Origin: a virus
Taxonomy: Duplodnaviria > Caudoviricetes
Virus record (IMG/VR): IMGVR_UViG_3300048693_000367
Span: 1 to 64,000 of that record
DNA: 64,000 nt
Reading direction: 5' to 3' (one strand)
Shown here in pieces: positions 48,317 through 58,489 of the stretch. The first letter of the stretch is position 1; every line of letters begins with the position of its first letter. The notes under the pieces were generated by a model. It saw only the letters and a program-made list of their open reading frames with translations, made no database searches and was not told where the DNA came from. The position numbers and the translations under genes are program-made.

Positions 48317-48554
48317 TATTATCATATGGTGCGTGTATGGTTTGTTCGTTGGTAGTATAGCAAAAAGTTTAGTTCCAGGAGAAGAAAATTTCGGATTCTG
48401 GAAAACAATAGCACTGGGGGTTGCCGGATCATACTCCGGTGGTATAATAACTTATCTGCTGGGCATGACTGCACTACAACCAGCAGGGATATTAATGGGA
48501 GTTGCTGGAGCAACTTGTTCATTAATCTTTTATAAGAAGTTATTAGAAAAATAA
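48309..48554 (+). CDS. GlsB/YeaQ/YmgE-family small membrane protein
   Basis: GLFVGSIAKSLVPG...TIALGVAGSYSGG. Confidence 0.8.
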   Translation: MFNIIIWCVYGLFVGSIAKSLVPGEENFGFWKTIALGVAGSYSGGIITYLLGMTALQPAGILMGVAGATCSLIFYKKLLEK

Positions 48555-48560
48555 AATTTC

Positions 48561-49028
48561 ATGCGGCCAAGTTGGACTGATTATTTTTTAGGACTTGCGA
48601 AAGTCGTTTCGCAACGTAGTCATGATATGCAAACACAACACGGTTGTGTGATCACAGACACCCACAACAGAATACTGGGTGTCGGATATAATGGTTTTCC
48701 AAGAGGTCTAGACGATAAATTACTACCAAATACTAGGCCAGAAAAATATCCGTGGATGATACACGCTGAAAGAAACGCTCTATCAAACTGTGTGGTCAGA
48801 CCAGACAACGGTATTGCATATGTCACAGGACAATGCTGCAACGACTGTATTATGGCTTTATGGCAAGAAGGAATAAACACGGTTATTATGACAAATAATC
48901 ATGGTACACATCTATTTGATGAAAATGCACAAAAAAGATTTGACGCTTTTATACAAATGAGCGGTATTAAAATTTCATATATAGAACCAAATCTTTCTTG
49001 GATCAAAGAACTTGGCGGTGTATTATGA
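48561..49028 (+). CDS. dCMP deaminase
   Basis: RPSWTDYF, GYNGFPRG, IHAERNAL, CCNDC. Confidence 0.92.
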   Translation: MRPSWTDYFLGLAKVVSQRSHDMQTQHGCVITDTHNRILGVGYNGFPRGLDDKLLPNTRPEKYPWMIHAERNALSNCVVRPDNGIAYVTGQCCNDCIMALWQEGINTVIMTNNHGTHLFDENAQKRFDAFIQMSGIKISYIEPNLSWIKELGGVL

Positions 49029-49160
49029 ATACATTAGCATTCTATATTAGTTTATTCGTTTATTTTTATTATTTAATCAGTGGTAATACAGAAATGGTTA
49101 ATTTTTCTTTTCATATGACTGTATTACTAGGAATTCTCGCAATTTTAAATAGGAGATAAT

Positions 49161-52100
49161 ATGTCCGCGCTTCAAGAACTGCAAAATTATACATTTGTTA
49201 GTAAGTATGCTCGTTGGTTAGAAGATAAAAGCCGTCGTGAAACTTGGAAAGAAGCAGTCGAGCGCGTTAAAAATATGATGCATACTAAGTATGCGGATTT
49301 TGGTATTTCGGAAGAGATAAATTGGGCATATGATATGATGTACAAAAAGAAAGTACTAGGAAGTCAAAGAGCACTTCAATTTGGTGGCGACCCTATTCTT
49401 AAGAGACACGCCAAGATCTATAACTGCACCAGTTCATATTGTGATAGACTAAGATTCTTCCAAGAATGTTTTTGGTTATTATTGTGTGGTAGTGGCACAG
49501 GATTCAGCGTACAAAAACACCATGTTTCTAAACTACCAAATCTAGAACACAACCCACCAGAAGGCGAAGGAACAAAATATACGATAGATGACAGTATTGA
49601 AGGATGGGCTGATGCTCTTGGTGTTTTACTCAGCAGCTATTTTAGTAAACCTGTTGAAGAGTTTAAAAAGTATAAAAATACATACGTCGTTTTTGATTAC
49701 AGCAATATCCGTGCAAAAGGATCATCACTAGCAAGCGGAGTAGGCAAAGCCCCTGGATTTGAACCATTAGCCAATGGCTTAGAGAAGATCAGAGCATTAC
49801 TTGATCGCTGTATTGTTAATGGACAAAAGAAACTACGCCCTATTGACGCTTATGATATTGTGATGCATAGTAGTGATGCTGTATTAAGTGGTGGTGTTCG
49901 TCGTTCTGCTAGTCTTGCACTATTTAGTCCAGATGATGAAGAAATGGCGAAGGCTAAAACTGGCAACTGGTATATTGATAATCCACAAAGAGCGCGTAGT
50001 AATAATTCAGCTCTTTTATTAAAAAACGAAACAACTTTTGAAGAATTCCAAGTCCTTATGGAAAGTGTGAAAGAATTTGGAGAGCCTGGATTTATTTGGA
50101 GCGAATCCACAGAAATGATTTTTAATCCTTGTGTTGTTGACGATTCCACTGTAGTCACTGATCGTGGTTTACAGATGGTATCAGACCTAATCAACAAAGG
50201 TTTTAATGCAATAGTTGATGGAATTTCTTATCCAAGTTACAAAGGGTTTTGGAAAACCGGAACCAAACAAGTTATAGAACTTGAATTTAAATCTGGTAGA
50301 ACATTAAAAGTAACACCAAATCATAAAATTATGACCACTACTGGATGGAAAGAAGCAGGATCTATAAACTTCGGAGAATCTGTTGTTATTAATAATCATA
50401 GATCATATGATTATACAGCTAATATAAATTTTGAATCACAAGACTGGAAAAAGGGCTACTTATTAGGACTATTTTTAGGAGACGGCAACAACTCTAAGTC
50501 AGCCGCTCAGCTAAAGTGGTGGGGGGAATCAAAAGAACAATATAGAAAAGACGCTTATGATATGTTGTCTGATGTTGGATTTATCAATAATCTTCATCAT
50601 GATACACAGAGTACAGTGGCTGTCTATAGCTCAATAGAATCCAAGCAGTTAATGGATTTTGCTATCAGTAAAAATTGTATGGTTGGCACCTCAAAGAAGG
50701 TTACAAAAGAATCTGTTTGTGGTTCATGGAGTTACATCTCAGGATTGGTCGCCGGATATTTTGATGCTGACGGAACAGTTTTAGTAAATAATACAAAAGG
50801 TTCATCACTTAGAATCTCCTCGGTTCAGCTTGAAAATTTACAAAATTTACAAATAGCACTCAATTCCTTTGGTATTTATTCTAAGATTTACAAGAATCGC
50901 AGAATAGAAGGTGAAAGATCAATGCCAGACGGTAGAGGCGGCACAAAAGACTATTTCTGTCAAGCCTCTCATGAACTAGTAATTAGTAATGATAATATTG
51001 TAAGATTTGCGAAGTATATACCAATAAAAAATACTAATAAACTAGAAAAAATTCAAACGATTGTTAGCAACTATAAAAGAATGCCAAATAGAACCAATTT
51101 TACCGATATACTAATTAATAAAGTTGTAGTTGGTGAACTAGACGTTTATGATTGTACAGTAGAGAATATACATGCTTTTGACAATGACGGAGTATATGTT
51201 CATAACTGTGTGGAAATTGGTATGTGGCCAATCGACGAAGAGAGCGGCAAAAGTGGCTGGCAAGGATGCAATCTATCAACCATCAATTGCTCTAGCGTAA
51301 CAGACGAGGAAGATTTTTATGAAAGGTGCAAAGCCGCAGCTATTATAGGCACTTTACAGGCTGGTTTTACTAAGCTTGCTTATCTTGGTGACATTAGTGA
51401 AAAGATTTTTGAAAGAGAAGCTTTATTAGGCGTATCTCTAACGGGTACTATGGAAAAGCACGAATTAGTTCTTACAGAAAAAGTATTAACTAAAGGCGCA
51501 AAAATCGCAGTAGAAACCAACAAATCTATTTCTGAAAAGATTAATATCAATCAGGCTGCTAGAGTAACATGCCTAAAACCAGAAGGCACCAGTAGTAGTA
51601 TGTTGGGTACAAGTTCTGGTATCCACCCACACCATGCTAAACGATATATTCGCCATGTACAGGCAAATATTTTAGAAGCACCATACCAACACTTTAAGAA
51701 ATTAAACCCGCAAGCCTGCGAAAAATCATCGTGGTCGGCAAATAACACCGATGAGGTAATTAAATTTCCCATAGAAGTACCAGATGGTGCCAAACTTAAA
51801 AATCAATTACCAGCAGTAGAAATGCTTTCAGTGGTAAAAGAAACACAAAAAAATTGGGTCAACTCTGGAAAAAATAAAGCATTATGTACTCAGGATTATC
51901 TAAGTCATAATGTGAGCAATACGGTAACAGTAAAACCAGATGAATGGAATGAGGTTACCAAATATATCTATGATAATAGAAAATATTTTGCTGGCATATC
52001 TCTTATTCCACAAAGCGGAGACAAGGATTATCCACAAGCACCATTTACTACTGTTTATACCAGTAGAGAAATTGTTAAAGAATATGGGGATGCTGCTTTG

Positions 52101-52430
52101 TGGTGTTCTGGTTTAATAGAATTAGGATTAAATGCATTTGATAATAATCTTTGGGCAGCATGTGATTATGTAACATTGAATCAGGCGCACAAAGATCATC
52201 CCGAATCAAAGCTTGTGTTTGTTACCAAAATGAAGAATTTTGCTGGCAAATATTTTGATGGAGACGTAAGAAGACTAACTTATTGCATGAAAGATGTTTA
52301 TAATTGGAAGATTTATTGTGATTTATTTAATAGTTTCAAAAAGGTTGATTACACACAACTATCAGAAACAGAGGATAACACAGTCGGGATCGAGGAAATT
52401 AGTTGTGCCGGTGGCGCTTGTCTAATTTAA
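49161..52430 (+). CDS. nrdJ: class II (B12-dependent) ribonucleotide reductase with intein
   Basis: YNCTS, GVRRSA, GEPG, NP|CVEI, CNLS, TCLKPEGT, C-terminal CAGGAC. Confidence 0.92.
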   Translation: MSALQELQNYTFVSKYARWLEDKSRRETWKEAVERVKNMMHTKYADFGISEEINWAYDMMYKKKVLGSQRALQFGGDPILKRHAKIYNCTSSYCDRLRFFQECFWLLLCGSGTGFSVQKHHVSKLPNLEHNPPEGEGTKYTIDDSIEGWADALGVLLSSYFSKPVEEFKKYKNTYVVFDYSNIRAKGSSLASGVGKAPGFEPLANGLEKIRALLDRCIVNGQKKLRPIDAYDIVMHSSDAVLSGGVRRSASLALFSPDDEEMAKAKTGNWYIDNPQRARSNNSALLLKNETTFEEFQVLMESVKEFGEPGFIWSESTEMIFNPCVVDDSTVVTDRGLQMVSDLINKGFNAIVDGISYPSYKGFWKTGTKQVIELEFKSGRTLKVTPNHKIMTTTGWKEAGSINFGESVVINNHRSYDYTANINFESQDWKKGYLLGLFLGDGNNSKSAAQLKWWGESKEQYRKDAYDMLSDVGFINNLHHDTQSTVAVYSSIESKQLMDFAISKNCMVGTSKKVTKESVCGSWSYISGLVAGYFDADGTVLVNNTKGSSLRISSVQLENLQNLQIALNSFGIYSKIYKNRRIEGERSMPDGRGGTKDYFCQASHELVISNDNIVRFAKYIPIKNTNKLEKIQTIVSNYKRMPNRTNFTDILINKVVVGELDVYDCTVENIHAFDNDGVYVHNCVEIGMWPIDEESGKSGWQGCNLSTINCSSVTDEEDFYERCKAAAIIGTLQAGFTKLAYLGDISEKIFEREALLGVSLTGTMEKHELVLTEKVLTKGAKIAVETNKSISEKININQAARVTCLKPEGTSSSMLGTSSGIHPHHAKRYIRHVQANILEAPYQHFKKLNPQACEKSSWSANNTDEVIKFPIEVPDGAKLKNQLPAVEMLSVVKETQKNWVNSGKNKALCTQDYLSHNVSNTVTVKPDEWNEVTKYIYDNRKYFAGISLIPQSGDKDYPQAPFTTVYTSREIVKEYGDAALWCSGLIELGLNAFDNNLWAACDYVTLNQAHKDHPESKLVFVTKMKNFAGKYFDGDVRRLTYCMKDVYNWKIYCDLFNSFKKVDYTQLSETEDNTVGIEEISCAGGACLI
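50130..51206 (+). mobile_element. intein with LAGLIDADG endonuclease in NrdJ (359 aa)
   Basis: CVVDDSTVVT...TPNHKI...LLGLFLGDG...GYFDADG...VYDCTV...VHN|C. Confidence 0.93.
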
Positions 52431-52452
52431 CTCTATCCATAAAGGGTATACA

Positions 52453-53184
52453 TTGAGAAAAAAAACCAAAAATGCACAAAAGAAATCTAAAACTATTGAC
52501 CTTACAAACAATATTGTACAATCAGGACCATTCTATAGAAATAGATTAAGACCACGTACAGATAATCAAAAAGATTATATTCGTACCGTTTCAGAAAACC
52601 ATATTACTTTCTGTCAAGGTGTTGCCGGTAGCGGTAAAACACATATAGCAATAGGTATGGCTCTGGAATATCTATTAGAAGAAAAGGTTAAAAAAATAGT
52701 TATTACTAGACCAGTAGTTGAGTCCGGAGAAAAAATTGGTTATTTACCCGGTACAGCAGAAGAAAAGCTACATCCATACCTATTACCTCTCTTAGATGAA
52801 GTGAATCATTTTATAGCACCAGCACAGTATACTAGCTTAAAAACTAATAATAAAGTAGAAATTGTGCCACTAGGACTGATGAGAGGTCGTAATTTTCATG
52901 ATTGTTTTATTGTGGCTGACGAGTGTCAAAATGCTTCGTATGATCAATTAAAAATGTTATTGACAAGACTTGGTAATGGTAGTAAAATGGTATTGACAGG
53001 TGATGTCAGCCAATCAGATCTTCATAAGCATATGCAGGGTGGTTTTTACACCATGACTCAAGTATTAGATGGTGTTGATGGTATAGGTATTTCTTATTTA
53101 GATATGAAAGATATTGTGAGAAATCCTATTATCGGGAAAATTTTAGGACGATTGGACTCATACGAAAATGAACCTAAGTCATAG
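52453..53184 (+). CDS. phoH: PhoH-like ATPase
   Basis: GVAGSGKT, ITRPVVE, GYLPG, MRGRNF, DECQN, TGDVSQSD, VRNP. Confidence 0.95.
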   Translation: MRKKTKNAQKKSKTIDLTNNIVQSGPFYRNRLRPRTDNQKDYIRTVSENHITFCQGVAGSGKTHIAIGMALEYLLEEKVKKIVITRPVVESGEKIGYLPGTAEEKLHPYLLPLLDEVNHFIAPAQYTSLKTNNKVEIVPLGLMRGRNFHDCFIVADECQNASYDQLKMLLTRLGNGSKMVLTGDVSQSDLHKHMQGGFYTMTQVLDGVDGIGISYLDMKDIVRNPIIGKILGRLDSYENEPKS

Positions 53185-53749
53185 TAGATGTTTGGTACTT
53201 AATGCTGATTATACTCCTTTGACCATTATTAATTGGAAAAAAGCCTTTATTTGGTCTATGAGATATGAGCACGAAAAAAATAGTGTAGAAATTGTAGACT
53301 TTTATAAAAATGATTATATCATTGGTACTAACAATAAAAAATATCCAATCCCAGCAGTAGCCAAAACAAGAAAATATTTTAGGATCAATCTTCATAGTGT
53401 AAAATTTTCTCGTAAAAATCTATTTATTAGAGATAATCATACTTGTCAATATTGTAATAATATATTTGATACTACAGACTTAACATATGATCATGTGATA
53501 CCAAAATCTTTATGGAAGAGTCAAATAGGAACACCAACATGCTGGACTAATATAGTAACAGCGTGTGTGCATTGTAATAGCAAAAAGGGTAATCGTACAC
53601 CCAAACAGGCTAATATGCCACTTAAGACCATGCCTATTGTTCCACAAAAAAATTGTAAATACTTGCCCGTTACACACCACCTGTTTAAGATAAAGAAAGA
53701 CATTCCACAGGAATGGATGGTTTACCTACCGGAATCTTATTTAATATAA
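53168..53749 (+). CDS. HNH endonuclease (McrA-like)
   Basis: LVLNADY, RDNHTCQYC, TYDHVIPKS, WTNIVTACVHCNSKKG. Confidence 0.88.
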   Translation: MNLSHSRCLVLNADYTPLTIINWKKAFIWSMRYEHEKNSVEIVDFYKNDYIIGTNNKKYPIPAVAKTRKYFRINLHSVKFSRKNLFIRDNHTCQYCNNIFDTTDLTYDHVIPKSLWKSQIGTPTCWTNIVTACVHCNSKKGNRTPKQANMPLKTMPIVPQKNCKYLPVTHHLFKIKKDIPQEWMVYLPESYLI

Positions 53750-54096
53750 TGCCAACATATTCTTATTTTTGTTCAGAATGTAATATTGATTTTGAATTAT
53801 TTTTTCATATAAAAGACTATACAGATAATCCAGCTTGTATAGACTGTGGTAAAAAAGAAACCCATAGACTATACTGTAAAGATGTTTCCACACAAATGGC
53901 ATCTGTTAAGAAATCTGATAGTGAATTAAAAACCATAGGCGATTTAGCAAATCGTAATCGAGATAGACTCAGCGATGATGAAAAAACATCACTATACGAA
54001 AAGCATAATTCTTATAAAGAACACAAAGAAGAAGCGCCTCTTCCAACGGGAATGTCACGAATGAAAAAAGGAGTCAAGACAATATGGCCGACCTAA
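53749..54096 (+). CDS. FmdB-type Zn-ribbon protein
   Basis: MPTYSYFCSEC...CIDCG. Confidence 0.8.
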   Translation: MPTYSYFCSECNIDFELFFHIKDYTDNPACIDCGKKETHRLYCKDVSTQMASVKKSDSELKTIGDLANRNRDRLSDDEKTSLYEKHNSYKEHKEEAPLPTGMSRMKKGVKTIWPT

Positions 54097-54479
54097 AGAA
54101 TGATCAATTTATATTTCATCAACAAAACACACCGCCAATAAATAGAATTAATAGTTATTATACTCTGTTGGGCGAACACGATTTTTTGGATACAGATAAT
54201 AAACCCAGGGCTAATGAAGAAAATAATGCCGTGGTAGCCAAGTCCGTACAAGTAGACAATAAGCCATTAAGATACTATATTAAAGTAGGAACATATGGGA
54301 AAATATATAATCCCATTGGCTTATATAGCGAAGGTCAAAATACAAAGTTCTTATCTAAAATTGGTAGAAAACAATTTGAATTTAAGGAAGTCAATAAACA
54401 AATTTTTGATTTGTATGTCAATTTCTTGGCAACAAAAAACTTAGCATGGTTAAATAATGCAGAAAGAGAGTTGAACTAA
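54084..54479 (+). CDS. hypothetical protein
   Basis: ORF in operon. Confidence 0.65.
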   Translation: MADLKNDQFIFHQQNTPPINRINSYYTLLGEHDFLDTDNKPRANEENNAVVAKSVQVDNKPLRYYIKVGTYGKIYNPIGLYSEGQNTKFLSKIGRKQFEFKEVNKQIFDLYVNFLATKNLAWLNNAERELN

Positions 54480-54805
54480 TGGCCAGACTATCTAAAGACA
54501 CAGAGTATGCTATTAAATATTTACTTGAATCCCAAAAGATGGATCCAAAAGACGTAGCTAAAGAATTAGGAATTAAAATCACCACCGTCAACAAGTTTTT
54601 GCCAAAAGAAGAAACAAAAACAGCACCGGCTAAAACAGATAAGACAAAAGACCTCATGATCAGGCAAACATCAGCTAAAAAGAACAATACTGTTAGCATT
54701 ATGACCGAAGCAGCGTCACAACTATCTGATGAGTTTATGAAAACAGTACACTCTGAACAAGTAAAAAGAACTCAAGGATATATTTTCCGTCCAAAAGCAA
54801 ATTGA
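54479..54805 (+). CDS. HTH-containing protein
   Basis: PKDVAKELGIKITTVNKFL; SIMTEAAS. Confidence 0.65.
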   Translation: MARLSKDTEYAIKYLLESQKMDPKDVAKELGIKITTVNKFLPKEETKTAPAKTDKTKDLMIRQTSAKKNNTVSIMTEAASQLSDEFMKTVHSEQVKRTQGYIFRPKAN

Positions 54806-54806
54806 G

Positions 54807-55235
54807 ATGTCTGCTAAAAAATATCCATCGAAATATTCGAATGGCAAAAGTGTAACTTCTGCTCAGTATATCACAGAATTAATTTGTGAAAAATGGGCAA
54901 AAAAGGAAAAGAAAGATTTACACTATAGATTTTGGTTAACTCCAGAGTGGGAAAAATATTATCGTAACCAGATACCTTCTGCAAATGCATTATTAAAAAA
55001 ATACTCTGATACAGCGATTATTAGAGCATTGAATAATCCAAAAACAGAAAGAATATACTCACTGCGAGCACCACACCTTCCCGCTATCATAGAACAAGAG
55101 CAGAGACATATAGAGACAGAGAATCAAACCCTGTCTAAGGTTTATGAAAGACCAGAGAATGTATCATTTGGTCACACGCCACCAATCAAACGTAATATTA
55201 TTTCAAAATTAAAGGATCTAGATAATGAGTCTTAA
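54807..55235 (+). CDS. hypothetical protein
   Basis: ORF in operon. Confidence 0.65.
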   Translation: MSAKKYPSKYSNGKSVTSAQYITELICEKWAKKEKKDLHYRFWLTPEWEKYYRNQIPSANALLKKYSDTAIIRALNNPKTERIYSLRAPHLPAIIEQEQRHIETENQTLSKVYERPENVSFGHTPPIKRNIISKLKDLDNES

Positions 55236-57261
55236 AGAAGATGTTGTAAAAAACTTTGGCGATGATATTATTCTTACTGGCAATGCTATTGTTGATCGCA
55301 AGAGTATAATTATTCCGGTTAGCCCATCATTAGACATAGTATTAAATGGCGGTATACCAGAAGGTAGTTTCGTTGTACTAACAGGTCAACCAAAATGTGG
55401 TAAAGATTTAGCAATTAGCGAAACAGTTTATACTCCAAACGGTCCAATAAAAATGGGCGATATAAAAGTTGGAGATATTGTATGCAACGCTAGTGGCGGA
55501 ACGTCGAGGGTCATAGGTGTTTATCCTCAAGGCAAAAAAGATGTCTATAAAGTCACCTTTAATGATGGAACAACGTCGTTGTGCGGACTTGAGCATAACT
55601 GGACAGTATCTCGAAATAATAGAAACACAAAATATTTTACCATCACACTACAAGAAATTATAAAAGAAGGATTATATTATAGCGATAGACCAAAATGGAA
55701 AATTCCAATAACTAAACCTGTTTATTTTAAGCAAAAAAATAAGCTATCGATAGATCCTTATATATTAGGATGTCTACTTGGTGATGGTGGCTTAACACAA
55801 AAAACTCCTAGATTTACAACATCAGATAAATTTATAGCTAAAAAATTTCAAAGGTTTTGTCAAAATAGAGGATTGTTTTTTAAGCATATTAGTAAGTATG
55901 ATTATAGTATAAACGGAAATGTCGAATCTAGTACTCTTGTCAAAAACACACTAACAAAAGACCTAAAAAAAATGGGACTTATGGGAAAATCTTCCCACAC
56001 AAAGTTCATACCCACATCATACAAATATGCGTCTATTCAAAATAGATTAAATCTTATCAAAGGACTCATGGACACAGATGGACATAACGATCATGGAAAA
56101 AGAGCAGAATATACCTCTACCTCTACTCGTTTAATAAAAGATGTGAAAGAAGTCTTAGAAAGTTTAGGATACTCTGTTGCCACTAAACAAAGAACAACCC
56201 GATGCAATAATAAATCATTTATATCATATAGATTATATATTCATGGAGATGACATAGATAGGCTTTTTTCGTTGCCCAGAAAAATCAGTGGACATAAAAG
56301 ACAAAAGCCAATATTACATAGAACCATTAAAAATATTGAAAAAATGCAACCAGTATTGACCCAGTGTATAGAATTAGATTCTTGCGATGGATTATTTTTA
56401 ACTAATAATTTTATTGTAACACACAATACAACAACATCTTTAGATTTTGCCGCAACCGCTCAAAGACCAGAGTATCAGGGCGGATTAAAAACTCCACGCG
56501 AAGTGTACTACCTAAACATTGAAGGTAGACTGAAGAAGCGAGACTTAGAAGGAATACCAGGACTTAATCTAGATAGATTTCATGTTATTGGTAGTCAACA
56601 AGGTAAGATTTTACACGCAGAAGAATATTTACAGATTGCAGAAAAAATTATTAATGAAATTCCAGGATCAGTTCTTATCATAGACTCTTATTCCGCTTTG
56701 TGTACAGAAGCAGAAATTACCAGTGAAATGGATAAAATGCAAAGAGCAGATGGTGCTAAGTTGCTTGCCAAGTTTTGTCGTAAGGTTGCTAATGTTATTC
56801 CAGTAAATAAAAATATTGTTATTGGCATCACGCACTTAATGGGTAATCCAACCGGATATGGTGCAGAATTTAAGGAGAAGAGTGGGCAGGCCATTGCTTA
56901 TCAGACAGATATTAAACTTAGAGCAAAAACATTCAAGCCTTGGACTCTTAGTGCCGATAGTACACAAATAGGACAAGAGATCGAGTGGCAAGTTATATGC
57001 TCTGCTTTAGGGCCACCGGGAGGCAATATTACTAGTTATATTCGATATGGTCAGGGTGTTGACAAATACATGGAAGCTATTACACTGGCTTCTGATATGG
57101 GCATCATCCACAAAGGAGGCGCTTGGTATACTCTAACATCTTTAGAAGATAAGCCTAAATTTCAAGGAGCAGAAAAAGTTAGGCAATATCTATTAGAAAA
57201 TACCGATGCTTATAATGGTCTGGTAAAATCGATTAAAGAAACCATGGGCGTTAAATGCTGA
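55225..57261 (+). CDS. recA: RecA/UvsX-like recombinase with intein in the Walker A motif
   Basis: SLDIVLNGGIPEG, GQPKCGK|TTT, IIDSYSAL, KGGAWY. Confidence 0.9.
   Translation: MSLKEDVVKNFGDDIILTGNAIVDRKSIIIPVSPSLDIVLNGGIPEGSFVVLTGQPKCGKDLAISETVYTPNGPIKMGDIKVGDIVCNASGGTSRVIGVYPQGKKDVYKVTFNDGTTSLCGLEHNWTVSRNNRNTKYFTITLQEIIKEGLYYSDRPKWKIPITKPVYFKQKNKLSIDPYILGCLLGDGGLTQKTPRFTTSDKFIAKKFQRFCQNRGLFFKHISKYDYSINGNVESSTLVKNTLTKDLKKMGLMGKSSHTKFIPTSYKYASIQNRLNLIKGLMDTDGHNDHGKRAEYTSTSTRLIKDVKEVLESLGYSVATKQRTTRCNNKSFISYRLYIHGDDIDRLFSLPRKISGHKRQKPILHRTIKNIEKMQPVLTQCIELDSCDGLFLTNNFIVTHNTTTSLDFAATAQRPEYQGGLKTPREVYYLNIEGRLKKRDLEGIPGLNLDRFHVIGSQQGKILHAEEYLQIAEKIINEIPGSVLIIDSYSALCTEAEITSEMDKMQRADGAKLLAKFCRKVANVIPVNKNIVIGITHLMGNPTGYGAEFKEKSGQAIAYQTDIKLRAKTFKPWTLSADSTQIGQEIEWQVICSALGPPGGNITSYIRYGQGVDKYMEAITLASDMGIIHKGGAWYTLTSLEDKPKFQGAEKVRQYLLENTDAYNGLVKSIKETMGVKC
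55405..56427 (+). mobile_element. class 3-type intein with LAGLIDADG domain (341 aa)
   Basis: DLAISETVYTPNG start; EHNW (block B Trp), TQCI (block F Cys), VTHN|T; LGCLLGDG and GLMDTDG. Confidence 0.88.
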
Positions 57262-57662
57262 TTAAAGATTTAGATGGTAATAGTCATAATTGGTTATTAA
57301 CCGGTAATATGGCTAAAGGAAAAATTGTCAATAGATCATCATATCATTTAGCTGCCAGAGCCGCTATAATTAGTATATTTCCAACACTACAGGTATTAGA
57401 AGAAGTTCCAATTCCACTACGCAAAAGTGAAACGCTGTATCTAGATTTTTATTTGCCGCTAAAAAAGATATGCTTTGAAGTTCATGGGGAACAACATTAT
57501 AAATTTATACCATTCTATCACACTACTGTTTTAAACTTTCTCAAAGCCCAAAAGAGAGATAAAGAAAAACAAGAGTGGTGTGAACTGAATAATATACAAT
57601 ATGTTGCATTGTCTTATAATGAATCCGAAGAAGTATGGAGAGAAAAGATCAATAATGCTTAA
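57255..57662 (+). CDS. PD-(D/E)xK nuclease (Vsr/DUF559-like)
   Basis: LYLDFYLP...FEVHGEQHY...RDKEKQEWC. Confidence 0.8.
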   Translation: MLIKDLDGNSHNWLLTGNMAKGKIVNRSSYHLAARAAIISIFPTLQVLEEVPIPLRKSETLYLDFYLPLKKICFEVHGEQHYKFIPFYHTTVLNFLKAQKRDKEKQEWCELNNIQYVALSYNESEEVWREKINNA

Positions 57663-58143
57663 AACATCCAAAGAAGAAATAAAATACTGGGATGATATCC
57701 TTGATGAATATGAGCAATCTGTAGGATTACCATCTTATAAAGATGATAGTATGTCATCAGATGAACTTAATCAATATTTAACTATGAATAGAGATTCAAT
57801 AGAAAAGCTAGGACCAGAAGACTGTGCCCAAATAGCATACCGACTTGCACAGTATTCTTTTCATATTCAAAGAACAATCAATAGAGAAATTGCAAGATAT
57901 AATTGGGCTGATGAAACTATTAAAGAAACTATAGCGGATGAAATTAATAATTATAAGGGTTATGGTTATGTGGAAAAGTCTGGACAGGCTATAAAGCATA
58001 ATGACAAAGCTCAGTCATTGAATAATATAAAAAAGTATGCTAAACAAAGATCGGACAGATTGTCTTATTTAGCTAATGGTATTAAAAATCTATCAGATAT
58101 AATATTATCTGTACAAAAAACAAAGGTGAAACATGGGTCTTGA
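57655..58143 (+). CDS. helical hypothetical protein, possible recombination mediator
   Basis: Coiled-coil ORF between recA and dnaB; function is inference only. Confidence 0.6.
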   Translation: MLKTSKEEIKYWDDILDEYEQSVGLPSYKDDSMSSDELNQYLTMNRDSIEKLGPEDCAQIAYRLAQYSFHIQRTINREIARYNWADETIKETIADEINNYKGYGYVEKSGQAIKHNDKAQSLNNIKKYAKQRSDRLSYLANGIKNLSDIILSVQKTKVKHGS

Positions 58144-58489
58144 TAATGATGATATCAAAGCTCTAATAGCTATTCTACAAAAAGGACTTACTGATGGTGA
58201 AACATCAGAGTCTGGTCCCGTTAAGCGTACTACGAAGCCAAAGGTTACCAAGCCTAAAGTTAGAAAAACAACTAACAAATTTGAAAAAATGGCTGAATTT
58301 AATATGTGTAAAGAGGATGTGGAAATTGATAAAAAAATTAGAAAGCCACCGCCATCTGCTAGAAATAGACCGTTTGATCTTGTAAAAGTACGGTGTCGTA
58401 TTTGTGGAAAAAAAGAAAAAGTTGCACCATCACTGGTTGAATCCCATGATAGATATAAGTGCAACAAGTGTTCAACAGGAGCAGGCTGA
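58133..58489 (+). CDS. Zn-finger protein
   Basis: CRICG...CNKC. Confidence 0.7.
   Translation: MGLDNDDIKALIAILQKGLTDGETSESGPVKRTTKPKVTKPKVRKTTNKFEKMAEFNMCKEDVEIDKKIRKPPPSARNRPFDLVKVRCRICGKKEKVAPSLVESHDRYKCNKCSTGAG

Noticed and set aside
55396-55404. RecA intein starting at the Cys of CGK
   Set aside because: This would delete the Walker A GK from the spliced protein
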